DNA of 64,000 bases. It comes from Camelus dromedarius. Its lineage: Eukaryota. A program made the position numbers and the translations under genes. Within the stretch, counting starts at the first letter, position 1. Every line of letters begins with the position of its first letter. The notes below the pieces were generated by a model. It worked only from the letters and a program-made list of their open reading frames with translations, was not told the DNA's origin and ran no database searches. The DNA lies in contig NC_087436.1 of the NCBI RefSeq assembly GCF_036321535.1, forward strand, positions 9,610,001-9,674,000, in the 5' to 3' direction. Below, in pieces: positions 27,398 through 39,345 of this stretch.

Positions 27398-27902
27398 TGT
27401 AGTGAGATGGGAAGCCCCATAAAAAAGACTGGCAGGACCCCCCAGGCAGGGTCACTACTCTCCTGCCAGCACCATTGGGTTCCCTGGCCCATCGGCTCTA
27501 GCTCACCTTTTGCCTCTGAAATGGCTTACTTCTAGGAAAGTGAAATTTACCCCTAAAATTCTATTGGTTCTCTGAGCTCACTCCTGATTGGTTCTTTCTT
27601 TCACTCCTGACTGGTCCATTTCCCTCACTCCTGGTTGGTTATTTCTCTCCCTCCTGATTGGTCCATTTCTACAAAGCTTGTTCCTAATTAGTCAACTTTT
27701 GTTATACCTTATTTGCATATGATGTTGCAAAGTGTAAACTGGCAGCCTATAAAAGCCTGTGTAAACCAACAGACAGGGTCCAGAGCTTGGAGTGTTAACT
27801 CCTCTGGGCCTGCTGGCGTAATAAACCTGAGTTCTCCAACTCTCCAAGTGCTGCTTGGTCTCTCGCCCAGATCCAGGTTGCTGTCACATCTGAGATGTAA
27901 CA
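27398..27902 (+). mobile_element. Well-preserved gammaretrovirus-like (ERV1) solo LTR
   Basis: U3 tandem repeats 27578-27670, octamer 27711-27718, TATAAAA 27748-27754, AATAAA 27820-27825, 3' end TGTAACA. The 5' boundary is uncertain by a few bp. Confidence 0.88.
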
Positions 27903-28844
27903 CATTTTTCTGCAACATTTCGTCTTTGCTTGTGTTTACGTTCTGTTCCACTGTAAGTGGGTCATACATTTCCATTATTTTTATCACGCTAAAAATGATT
28001 AAACCACATTGCCTTCTATTTCTCGATTTTCTGTGTGTTGGGGAGAAGGGACTGAGGGACAGTTGCTGAATCAAGTTCTTAAGAACATTAATAAAAGCTA
28101 AGCCTCAAGCTGCCTCGGTGACTAATCTATTACAAGGGATTAGTGGCCCCACTGTGGGGACACTCTGTGCCAGCCCAGCACTTAGCAAAAAGTTTAATTT
28201 TTCATGAAGAGGGTTCCAGACTTCCCACTGCTAATCTCACAGCCAGATTGCTTTTTAATAAAGCAATGAAAGTCAACGGGGGGAAAAAAAGAAACATCAA
28301 GGGACAAGGCATTTATAACAGAGCTAAAGCAAATCGCAGAAGTTGCAGAATAAAGGTCCCCTGGAGGTCATCTAGCCTGAACTGTGTGGGTGGCCCTGCA
28401 GCATCTGCTCCGCTCATAGCCACAGCAGACAGCCAGGGGTAATCCTGCTGCTCCTTCTGCTGATCACCAATCAGACCCTAAAAAACTGAAAACACAGCTT
28501 CATGTAGCCTCAGAAAATTCACACAGAGAGCTGGTTATACATTACAACATTAATTTGCTTTCCTCCATGAGGTGTTATCTCTTTATCAAAAGAGAAAAGG
28601 AAATGGAGAAAAAGAAAAGATGCTAAGTGACCAGAACAAGTCCAAGTTAGCAAGGGAGAAAGTCAGACTGGAACTCAGGGCCACCACTGCCTTATCCCCC
28701 GCTCCCAGACCATCCCCATTTCATCCAGTCAGCAACTGCCCTCTTGTGTTATGAGGGAAGAAGATATTCATGTTACCTGTGAATTTTCTTAATGAGAGGA
28801 ACAGATGAGGTCTGTCCTGCGGACTCCCCTTTCTCCTGTTTACT

Positions 28845-29331
28845 TGTTGCCAAAGGCAAGTTCCTGTGCCTGCCGTACCACGAGACCAAACAAACTGAAA
28901 CATGGGAGTTTGGTTAATCTCAGAGGAAGGTTAATCACAGAGTGGAGCAAGGAGGACAGAATGGCTTATGCCCAAGGAAAACCCCGAACTCCTCAAAGGG
29001 TTTCAGCAAAGCCTATTTAAAAGCAGGTGTGGGGGGGGGGGGGTGGTTACAGGGTATGTGATCAGCTGGTGCACAATCTTCTGATTGGTTGGTGCTGAGG
29101 GAAGAGGGTGGTCAACTATCACCCACTAGGCGCCAGAAGGTCTGGGGGCCATGTGCTCTCCATCATCAAGTAGTTAATTTCTTCCATCTGGTGGTGGTTT
29201 TTAGCATCTGAAATACTCAGGAAATACACATGAGATACTATCATCTGGGTACTTCAGAGAGCAGCTACAACAGAGGGTATGGGAGAGGGGGTCTGTCCCA
29301 GGAAGGTCTCACAGGGTCCTGCTTGGTTACA
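28845..29331 (-). mobile_element. ERV1-like solo LTR
   Basis: TGTTGCC...GGTTACA termini, 4-bp TSD TACT/CACT, ctgattgg (CCAAT on the minus strand). Confidence 0.85.
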
Positions 29332-29487
29332 CACTGATTGACAGAACCCATCTCAGGATGTCGAGCCAGTAAGACTGTTCCACTCCTGTAACCGGTGGGA
29401 TGTGAGGCTCAGTAGCGTGAGTCCTATACTCCCCTCTGAAACATCACCTCCAAGAATTAAAGGGAACCCCTTTGTTTTGGGTAGAAC

Positions 29488-29798
29488 TTTTTTTTAATCA
29501 GCTTTACTGAGGCTTACAAATAAAATTATAATCCTTCAAGTGGATAACGTGATGACTTGATATGTGTATACGTTGTAAAGAATTCCCACCACTGAGTTAA
29601 CCAACACATTTTGGACAATAGTCCAAATGATACTGTTGATAATAATATGCAATCCAAATATGTGGTTCAAATGATATTTTTAATAATAATGATACTATTG
29701 ATAAGTTGATAACACTGTATTGTATAATTGAATTTTGCTAAGAGAATATAATGTTGGCATCATCACCAAAAAAAAAAAAAAAGAAAAGAAAAGTAAAA
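29488..29798 (-). mobile_element. Old L1MA/MB-type 3' end with inverted 5' part
   Basis: Poly-T plus antisense L1 terminus 29488-29608, then sense-strand L1 3'UTR at about 29685-29798 (actgtattgtataattgaattttgctaagaga). Confidence 0.75.
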
Positions 29799-31139
29799 TG
29801 GATAGATCAGTATTTTAAACTTCATAGACTAAGATTTACTACAATTTTAATAGTTATCTGAGTGCATGGTCTTTGTGAAGGGGGAAATGTACATTTCCTA
29901 CTGAGAAAAGAGAAATAAAATGGAAATAAAAAATTATGACTATGGAATTTTTGGCCTTTGACTTGGCTGTTTTTCCCTGCCCAGACCCCACCTTCACTAA
30001 CCCTCTTACACATACTCCTATGAGCAGATGGAATGGTACCAAAGTAGTTCTTGGGACTGAGGAGCTCCCCATTTGAAGCCCATTCATTTTATTTCAGAAT
30101 GGTGTCATATCGGATCGTGAAAATGACAACGACTTGACATTCATTTCATTTAGGACAATATAGGTCTTAACCCACAGCGTTCCTCCCTCTTGAGTGTCAG
30201 CTCTGCAGAGAGCATTATTTTTTCTCTTTCTCATTATTACTCTGAACTGTGCTTAAAATGGGCTCTAGAACAGGATTCTCTTTGCCAACTCTCTATTTTC
30301 TAGCACACAATTTTTTCAAGATAACGCAAATATTCCCCCATACTTTAGCAGAACCTAGAAGTTAATAAGTTAATGCAAAACCTATAAGGGAATCTCCTCA
30401 GATTTTCTACTAAGTGAATATTCTTATATTTCTATTTTCTTTTCCCTATTCCATTAAGTGCATTATGCTTGCAAGTCACCTCAAAGCCTTTGGGAATTTG
30501 AGGCTGAAGGGGACAAATGCTGCTTCTTTCCAAAAGAGTCTTGTTACCCTTAGGTGATCTCTGAATCACAGATATTTAAAAAATAATTGAAATGCCTATT
30601 AATATTTAATTGATGGGTAGGAAAATATTTTTTAATTATCTCTACTCTTTTATAAGTTTTGAAATTTAAAAATAATTTTTATGTGTAACGGGAAGCTTAA
30701 TCAATTGCATAATATTGAAGACCAGTGAGATATAAGCTCACATACAAAGGTAAAAGGTGTTGTTCAGTGCAGTCTGATGGTCTGAATTCTCCCTATGAAC
30801 AGCTCATCTCCTTAATATGTTCTCATTGTCACATGCTAGTGACCTGTATGGTATCTTCTCTCAATGTATAAGCAAGAACTTTTCAATTTTGTACCTAGAA
30901 TTTGGAATAAAAGGAAATGTTCTTAGAATACCACAAGACAAATTGACCTTTCAATGCTTTCCATTAAAACACCTTTTCCCTTCTTTAATTGTGAAGACAA
31001 TTACCCTTGCCTTAAGTTTCATTTTTCCTTGACAATTCTACTCTCCCATCACCACAATTCAATTAATTTCAACTTTTTTGGCCCGTATTCAACAAAGCTC
31101 TTTATGAGGTTACTATGTCTCTTAAATTTTGTGCAAAGT

Positions 31140-31750
31140 GCTATCAACTCACAGATAAACCAGCCACTTCACCAGGTAATGTATCTCAGAATCCAGTGTA
31201 GGAAAAACCATCAGACAAGGTGTAGAAAATAGAATGTTCATGTCAGAATTTCTCATAGTGGCCAGAAACTGTAAAGAAGCTCAAAAATCAGGATTGCAGA
31301 ATGAACAGATACAGGGTGGTGTGCTCACATACTAGAAAACCAGGCGTTAATTAAAATGAAGGAACAGTAGCTACACACAATAACTTGGATGAATCTTGGA
31401 AGCAGTGTTAAATGAATAAAAGCTACAGGAAAAAATTGCAAACTATGTAATTCCCCTTTATGTAGATTTGAAAAATTAGCAGAACAAAACTATAAATCTT
31501 AAGAAGGGAAACTGAAATGTTAAAAGAACCAAAAAAAAAAAAATAGTGAGGAAAGTATGAATCATAAGTGTTACGAGAGTGGTGACTTTTGAGAAAAAAG
31601 GAGCTGATTGCCATTAAAAAGGGTTACACAGAAAGATATGTTGCCCTTGGTAATGTGTGCTGATGTTTGTTTTAGAATATTTTATTAGGTTGTGTATACT
31701 GTTTTCTTTCATATGTGTGTTATTTTTCAAAATAAAAACATGTTTAAAAG
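31140..31750 (+). mobile_element. Ancient L1M (L1ME/MD-like) 3' fragment
   Basis: agaatgttcat...catagtggccagaaactg...ctacacacaataacttggatgaatctt...tatgtaattcccctttatgtag. Confidence 0.65.
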
Positions 31751-32097
31751 AAAAATTGTAACATAGCTTAAAAAAATGGCACACTTGTTTCTTTGTTTAT
31801 TACATATTTTTCATAATGGAGTCTATGTTCCATGACAGTGGAAATGGATTTGTTCAGCCCTGGATGCTCAATGCTCAGCACTTAGCATGTCCTTAATATT
31901 TCTGTTGAATAAACAAACAAGTAGCAGTATTGGCAAATAATAATAAAAAAAAAAAAAACTATACACCCCAAGAAATTTTATTATGCATTGTTTATTTTGG
32001 ATAAAAGTGTGAAAATGAAAAATATTAAATATCAAAGTAGCTTTCTCATTAATTCAAGAGTTGAATTAAAGAGTGAAGAGACAGAAGTACCATCACA

Positions 32098-32492
32098 GCA
32101 TTGAGAGACAGTCCCCTGTGGGTCTCTCACATTTCTGCACGTCTCTGTTCCAAACTACAGTCTAGGAGATGTGTCTGCTCGGCTCCCTCCAGAACCAAGG
32201 GCAGGCGTGCTTACAGCCCATTGTAAAAGAGGTGGGTTCCATGAACTCAGAACTCCTCTTCTGTAATACATCCAGGCACACCTGGTGCTGTTGGTATTTT
32301 TGTGGGTAACCACCCTTGGGTAACTGACACAAATGCTGATATTCTGGCTACTGCCTTTGCCATGAGTAGTGAACTGCCTTTTGTCTCTAAAACAGGAGTC
32401 TTGCCTCTTCCACAGCATCTGTGGGACTGTGGCAGGCTAACTGGTTAGGTTTCAAGTAGAGAGAAAAATTAGACCCTCCAGAGCTCCTGACA
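32098..32492 (+). mobile_element. LTR40-like (ERVL) solo LTR
   Basis: ttgagagacagtcccctgtgggtctctcacatttctgcacgtct...ctgtggcaggctaactggttagg...ctcctgaca. Confidence 0.8.
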
Positions 32493-32644
32493 CACAGATG
32501 TTACTACAGAGAACCGTAGGGACATAAGAAAATCTGAATGGAACAGATCTACACCTATAGCTTATTTTGGAAATGCATTTTTAAGGGGAAATCACTTAAA
32601 GTTCTGGTAGTTTGTTTATTTTTTTTCTTTATTAGAAAATGTGC

Positions 32645-32910
32645 TTCTTTTAAGTGTAGTTGATGTGTTCATTTCAGGTGTACAGCAAAGTGATTCAGTT
32701 ATACATTATATCAATTCTTTTTCATATTCTTTTCCATTATAGATTATCACAAGATATTGAATATATGAGATACTGGTGGGTTCAATCCTTCATTAAAAAT
32801 GGTTAAGAAGATATTGAATAAAATTCCCTGTGCTATACACTAAGTCCTTGTTGTTTATCTATTTTATGTGTAATAGTGCATATCTGTTAATCCTAAACTT
32901 CTAATTTATT
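32645..32910 (-). mobile_element. 5'-truncated L1 3'UTR containing a 44-bp nested insertion
   Basis: tttcaggtgtacagcaaagtgattcagttatac...ttccctgtgctatac...ccttgttgtttatctatttt. Confidence 0.85.
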
Positions 32911-34586
32911 GTAGTTACTATCTCTAAGGAAGTGTTACATTAAAACTGAGCTTCACTTAGCCCCCAACAAGTGGTTTTAAATGAAACAGAATGTTCAATA
33001 TGAAAAAGAACAACAGAAGCCTTCCTTCAGTAACATTCCCGTTTATTTATGAACAGTATCAGCTTTTCCCTCACATATTAAGCATATGTAACTAGCTATT
33101 GGAAAAAGATGCAGGGGTTTCATTCCTTAAACAAAGCTCTGAAACATACTATTTCTCTACGTACAGGATGCTAAAATTGTATTCACAACTAACACATCAC
33201 AAAATATGTCAAAGCTAAATGTGACCTGCAGGACATCACACAGCAGGTAACTTGGACATGAAAATGCCAGAACAACAGGACACCAAAGTGCAAAGGTTTC
33301 CACTTTACTTTCTGAAAAGAAAAGTGACTTGAAAATGAATACAAATACTATTTAGAAGCACTTCAAGCTGTCAAGATAGCTGCTCTGAAAATTACTGATG
33401 TTCCCATTTTCCTCAGTGCCATTAAATACTCCGTATCTAATTAACTCTAGCCAATGGGATTGTGTCTTAATTTTGTTTGATGGCTTATTCATCTCATATC
33501 ATAATACTTTAATATTAGAAAAGTCACTAAAAGTAATGAAAGTGCTCCCTATTTGCTAAGCTCTAAGTGCTTTCCATGTCTTATGCCACCTAATCTCTAA
33601 GCCTACATACTACCATTAGGTACTACGCCATAGGTATTAAGAGATAATCACATCCTTGAATCGTATTTCCCAAAATACACTTTTTCTATGTTCGTGTAAC
33701 TGCTGGGTAGAGAATTGTGCTAATAATTTCAAGTTCGTGGAAATGCCTTCATGCGGCTCTGGTGGTTTCTCTCTCCTCCACAAGCCGGCATCTCTCCAAA
33801 ATACACGTGGCCCTTCAGGGAGGGGTCAGAGTGAGATCACATTGTCCTTTTTGGGAAAACTACCCAGTAAGTCCCCACAACTTTGAGATGACATTCTCAC
33901 CTGTATTCCTGAGACACAGCTCAGTGTTTTTAAGTCCACAGCACGGAGTCCTTTCAAATAAGGCTGACCCTTCCTTTACGGATATATAAATTGTTAAATC
34001 ATACCCCCACATTCTTTCTTTCTTTTTCATCATCATCACAAATGTTATTTATTAGAGCAAATGCGGTGATAGGCATTCTGTTAAGCGTTTCCAGACCTTA
34101 TCTCATTATCTCATATTAACCAGATGGTAATAGGGTCCGTATTACACTCCAGGCTGTGACTGAGGCCCTGGTATTTCAGTTGTAAACAATCCAAACAATG
34201 TCTCTGCCTCCCTGGCGTTAACACGTGGGAAACAAAAGCATATGTAAATAAAAGAATCATTTCAGCTATGCACCAACTGATAACTGAAGTATAGCACTAA
34301 TGAATCCTTCCAAAACTAAGGGGCTTAAAGTGACAATTATTTTCATGTGTGTGCCACAAATCTGTGCCGAGAGTGGACAGATCTGATGGTCTTAGCTGGG
34401 CTCACTCACAGGGCTGGTCCCCTATTCACAGGCCTAGGTCTTGTTACCAGCGGCTGATGGGCCTCTCTCTCCCTGCAGCCCCTGCTTACAGCCTAGCCTA
34501 GACCTCCTTCCTAAAGGACAGAGCAAGAGGGGAAAAGCAGGTTGTGATTCTGGCCAGCAGCACCTGAGATGTGTCATTCAGGCTTC

Positions 34587-35219
34587 TGTCGAAGAAAATA
34601 GCACATAAACAATCTTAAGTCCATAAACAATAATAAGAATAGAAAAGAGTTTTATTTGAGCCAAAATCAGGACTATAGCCCGGAAGCCGACTTCCCAGAT
34701 AACTTTGAGAAACTGCTTCAGAGAAGCTGGGTCTCCAGCACAGTTTTATATCTTGTCAGAAAAAATTACAGTAAATAAGCCAAGGATACATTTCTCCAAG
34801 ATTTCAAAAAAAAAGAAGAAGAAAAAGAAAGGAAGAGGAGGAGAAGAAAGGAGAAGGAGGAAGAGGAAGAGGAAGAAGAAGAGGAGGAGGAAGAGGAATA
34901 GGAAGAGGAAACCAATGAGCACGTCCATGCATAGCACATACAGTACGGCCTTGGCACCTGGAACAGGAGTCTTGTCATCAAAGGAGGACCAGCATTGGTG
35001 TTCCGGGAAGAGGGGCATGCAATCTTTATTTTTAACATGGACATGGACATTCTTTACTTCTGGTCAATGTGCCCCTTTCTTTCATAATTAAAGCAGGTGT
35101 ACAATGTATACTTGACAGGCAACAAATGGGCTGTGCTAGTTAGCATAGAATTCAAGTTAACTCATGTATAAGCCACAATGACTTTCCTATATCTCAAGAT
35201 GTGAACATTTGTTTAATCA
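34587..35219 (-). mobile_element. ERV1-like solo LTR with an expanded GA-rich tract
   Basis: TGTCGA...TAATCA termini, TSD CTTC/CCTC, minus-strand AATAAA (ttttatt near 34651) and TATA (ttttata near 34744). Confidence 0.85.
34806..34911. repeat. Polypurine (GAA/GAG/GGAAGA) low-complexity tract
   Basis: About 105 bp that is almost entirely A/G, read directly. Confidence 0.95.
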
Positions 35220-35408
35220 CCTCCCGTCAAAATAGACACTAAAAATGATGTTAAAAGTCTATCACACAATAAACATGGATTGATAGGCAAATATTACTAG
35301 AATCTTGGAGAAACACCAGAGTGATGAAGTTTGACTGAAGTCATCCATACTAGCTCATCATGTTAAAGACAGCCAGGATAAGTGAAGGTGTCCTGACAAA
35401 ACCAGAGT

Positions 35409-35497
35409 GGGGGTTAGGGTGTAGCTCAGTGCTAGAGCGCATGCTCAGCTTGCAGGAGGTCCTGAGTGAAGTACCTCCATTAAAAATAAAACAAAAA
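35409..35497 (+). mobile_element. Camelid tRNA-derived SINE (Vic-1-like), B box partly deleted
   Basis: gggtgtagctcagtgctagagcgcatgctcagcttgcaggaggtcctgagt...agtacctccattaaaaataaaac. Confidence 0.85.
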
Positions 35498-36207
35498 TTC
35501 ATCTCAAGGTATTTTTTAATTTCAGCTTTGATTTCCTCATTGATCCATTGTTTTTTTAATAGCATATTGTTTAATCTCCGTGCTTTCCTTTTTTTCTCCT
35601 TTGTTTCTCTGTTGTTGATTTCCAGTTTCATGGCATTGTGGTCAGTAAAGATGCTTGAGATAATTTCTATCTTCTTAAAATTGTTGGTTTCTTTTGTGCC
35701 CAAGTACATGATCGATCCTGGAAAATTTTCCATGTGCACTTGAAAAGAATGTATATCCTATTTTTGGTGGGTGTAATGCTCTGAAAATATCCACCAAATC
35801 TAATTTTTCTATTGTATTATTTAATTTCTCTGTTGCTTTATTTATTTTCTGTCTGGAAGATCTGTCTAGTGATATTAATGCAGTGTTATAATCTCCAACT
35901 ATGATTGTATTCCCATTAATATTCCCCTTTATCTCTGTTAGTAATTGTTTTATGTATTTAGGTGCTCCTATATTGGGTGCATATATATTAATGACTGTAA
36001 TATTCTCACTTGTATTACTCATTTAAGCATTATAAAATGTCCTTCTTTATCTTTCTTTATGGCCTTTGTTTTAAAGTCTATTTTGTCTGAAATCAGTACT
36101 GCAACACCTGCTTTTTTGGCTTTTCCATTTGCATGGAATATCCTTTTCCATCCTTTCACTCTCAATCTATATGTGTCCTTCTCCCTAAAGTGGGTCTCTT
36201 GTATGCA
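35498..36207 (-). mobile_element. Internal L1 ORF2 fragment (APE-like endonuclease domain), disabled
   Basis: Minus-strand translation CIQETHFREKDTYRLRVKGWKRIFHANG...NIYAPNIGAP...IIVGDYNT...YTFFSSAHGKFSRIDHVLGHK...SIFTDHNAMKLEIN, with one in-frame stop and frameshifts. Confidence 0.95.
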
Positions 36208-38281
36208 AAAATATTTTTCTCCCTACTTTCCCCCAGGCTCCCATATTTGTCTCATCTCAAAAACACAAAATATAGCATCGTTCTAGTGCAGGAGTGTCCA
36301 TTCTTAAAGCCATCAGAACATCCTTCCTGCAACTCTTTGTCTTTCTAAATCCAATTAAAAATGACAATTCCATAAAAGCTGCAGGGTAGGAATCCAGGCA
36401 GGAAATGAACCAGGAGGGACAAACTGCAGCATCCTGGCAGGGCACGGGGGCATTCCTCACATACAAAGCACGGTAGGTGGCATGCAAGTCAGGCTGTGGG
36501 AAGCTGAGATCGCAATACCACACGCACCAGAGGCACCCACAGTGTCGAGGCGGAGGAACACTACTCAGGGAGATCCCAGCAAAGATTGTATAGATGTAAG
36601 CCTGCCAGTGAGAAGCAGGTTAACAGCCATGACAGCTCCATCACTCAACCATTAGCCTCAGGGCACTCTAGAAGCTTCCATGGGGGCAAAGAACAGGGAC
36701 AGAGGGTCATAGACCATGGAAAGAACATCTCAACAACTTAAACAAACAAAACACAAACAAAACATCTTACTCACTTAATAAGGGACAGATGCATTTATCC
36801 ATCACATTCTTTTCAATACCTGTCTTTTGCCAGATGCTCAGATGCACACATACAGGCTCCTATAAATGTTTATGACTCAGAGAAGGACACTGAATTGTTG
36901 AGTCCCTGGCAAAGAAGAGGAGTAGAGGTGCTAAATTTTTCACTGAAAATGCTGGAAGAACAAGTCTGCAAAAAAGAATTGTCTTGAGGGTTGGTTCAAG
37001 CTTAACATCTTATCTGTGTAGCTGAAATGAATTACAAGTGAATTTCATCACTGAATAGACCTTGGTTCATAGACTTCTAGATGGCTCATATGTACCACTA
37101 TTTCTTTCTTTGATAATTTAAAAAACCTGCTAAAGTAACCCTAATCAGAACACCACCCACCCCACCACCACCACCACGACAACACACACTCTAAACAAAA
37201 CTAGGGAGGGATTTCTTTTCTAACATTGGTTAGAAATTGCAGTTGGATTTGGCAGTTTCCTAGGAAACCAAGAACTCATTTTTGCATGATTTTGAATAGC
37301 TAGTCCTCTTAAAAAAATGGGTGAAGGGTTATGTTAGAAATTAGTGTCATTTAATTAGTAAATCTGTCTACTCATTTGAGAATGTTAATTAGAAGTATTA
37401 TATCATCATAATTTTAGGAATTCACTAACTTTTTGGATTCAGTTAGGTTGCAGGTAAGTTTTCACTGGCAAATTTGGTTCTTATTAGAATTGTTTATTTT
37501 TAGAAGTAAGAAGATATTTCTTATTATCCTCCATGTTCATGGTGTGTGCCATCACAGAACACAATGTAAAGGGGTAAGCAAAACGTGTTTCATCTCTGCA
37601 AGCTACTTAGAAGCCTTAAGACCTGTTTGCAATCAAATTTACTTAGAAATGCTTATGATGTGCCATCACGTAATTTTCTGTGCTTTCTAAACGTGTGGAA
37701 AGGGATAGAAAATCCTGGAATTGTTGCCAAGTGTAGCAAAAATTATTTTTAATGTTATTGGATAATAGCAATGTTTTGGGTTAATACTAGTATGAATATG
37801 GAATTGAATGTAGACTATGATTTAGAAAGTTATGGTGATCAGAACTAGGACTTCAACTGACTTTCCTGAGGAAAAAATTTATCTTGCTTGAAGTTCAGCG
37901 TAAGGTGCTCAAGGATACATAACAGAAATTGTTTGCTGGAGACCTGGTTTGTGTTAGTGAGAGCTCTAAGTCGTTCCTTTTGCTCCATGGAGCAGACATT
38001 GGGTGTGTACTTATATTCTCAGTCGGGCCTTTTCTTCCTTACAACGTTACCATTTCAGGCTTTCTCAATATGTGGACAATCTTGAGGCCTGAGGGAAGAG
38101 GAAAGTTAAGCCCAGAATACCTGCTGCTGTTTTACTTTTTTGCTTGTTTGTTGGCAGCTGGAGGACAGGTGAGTGAACGGCAAACAAGAATAAGTACGCC
38201 CTAAATCACAATATCACGACTCGCCATCAACATCTTTACCAGTCATTTCTGTAAGTTTCTTTGGGTTCTAGTAATGGGTTC

Positions 38282-38404
38282 ATTTATTTACTTATTTATT
38301 TTTTAATGGAGGTCCTGGGGATTGAACCCAGGACCTCGTGCGTGCTAAGCACGGTGCTCTACCACTGAGCTATACCCTCCCTCCTTCAGCTATACCCTCC
38401 CTCC
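38282..38404 (-). mobile_element. Camelid tRNA-derived SINE (Vic-1-like)
   Basis: tttatt tail, then atggaggtcctggggattgaacccaggacctcgtgcgtgctaagcacggtgctctaccactgagctataccctccc. Flanking repeat TGGGTTCTAG(T/C)AATGG at 38262-38277 and 38405-38420. Confidence 0.92.
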
Positions 38405-38859
38405 TGGGTTCTAGCAATGGAAACTCACAAGTCTCCTATTTGTCTTCTTGTAATGGCCTCAATCCATGGTTTCTGCTGACAACGAAAGCCCTTTGTTGCA
38501 GAGCATGGCTGTCCTCTCCTTGTGATGACCACTAGTTTTGCCATTGTGTGTCAGGGGCGGGACCTCCACTTGGGAGTGGAATGGTCCCTTATCATCTGGT
38601 GAAATCGTAATCTGTGGTATAAGGCTGTAGGTTCTATGTGCCCAACAGGAATAGGATTAAATGGCTTCAGCATGTCTCCCAAACTATATGTCATTCAGTT
38701 TTAACATTATCTGTGATACATCAACGGCTTAGGTCAATAGAGAAGCACCAAGATGAGACCAGTTCCTTTTTGACTCCACATCCTCAAAGCTTGGAGTCCA
38801 GTCTCCCTGATGGTGCCCCTGGCTAAAGAGAGCTGAGAGAATAAACGTAGTAAACTAAT

Positions 38860-39345
38860 GCAGCGACATCACACAAGTGAAAATGATTGCAAGCTCCTCA
38901 CAGCAACTGGATGAGTCTCAAGAACACAGCAGTGACCAAAAGAAGAAAGACTCAAGTATATACAGTAAAACTCTTTTTACATGAATTTTCCAAACTAAAT
39001 AGTATATTGGACAGACTAAGTATACAGCCTTTAAACAAATGTGTACTAAAGCGAGGTAAAAATTAATGCTTAAAATAAATGTGTAGATGTAAAAATATGA
39101 AGAAAGAAAATGGGAATGATTAGCACACAGTTCAGAGTTTGAAGTTCTCCAGAGACAAAAGCAGATGTGTTCAGACGGTGGCTCCCCAGAGCCTCCAGGC
39201 TACATGCCATGTGTGTGTTCTCCACCCCCGTGGTGGGACAGCCATGGTTCATTACTCATTTTTCAACTCTATGTGTGTATTCAAACATTATTTTATTTCT
39301 ATTCCATATTCCACATTTCTATGCCATATTACCTTTAAAAAGGGT
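38860..39345 (+). mobile_element. Ancient L1M 3' fragment
   Basis: cacagcaactggatgagtctcaagaacacagcagtgaccaaaagaag...tatacagtaaaactctttttacatgaattttc. Confidence 0.5.

Noticed and set aside
27578..27670. CRISPR-like repeat array
   Set aside because: Units are contiguous with no unique spacers and lie in the U3 of a mammalian ERV LTR.
34705..35091. Lys/Arg-rich protamine-like or NLS-rich ORF
   Set aside because: Artefact of translating a GA microsatellite inside an LTR.
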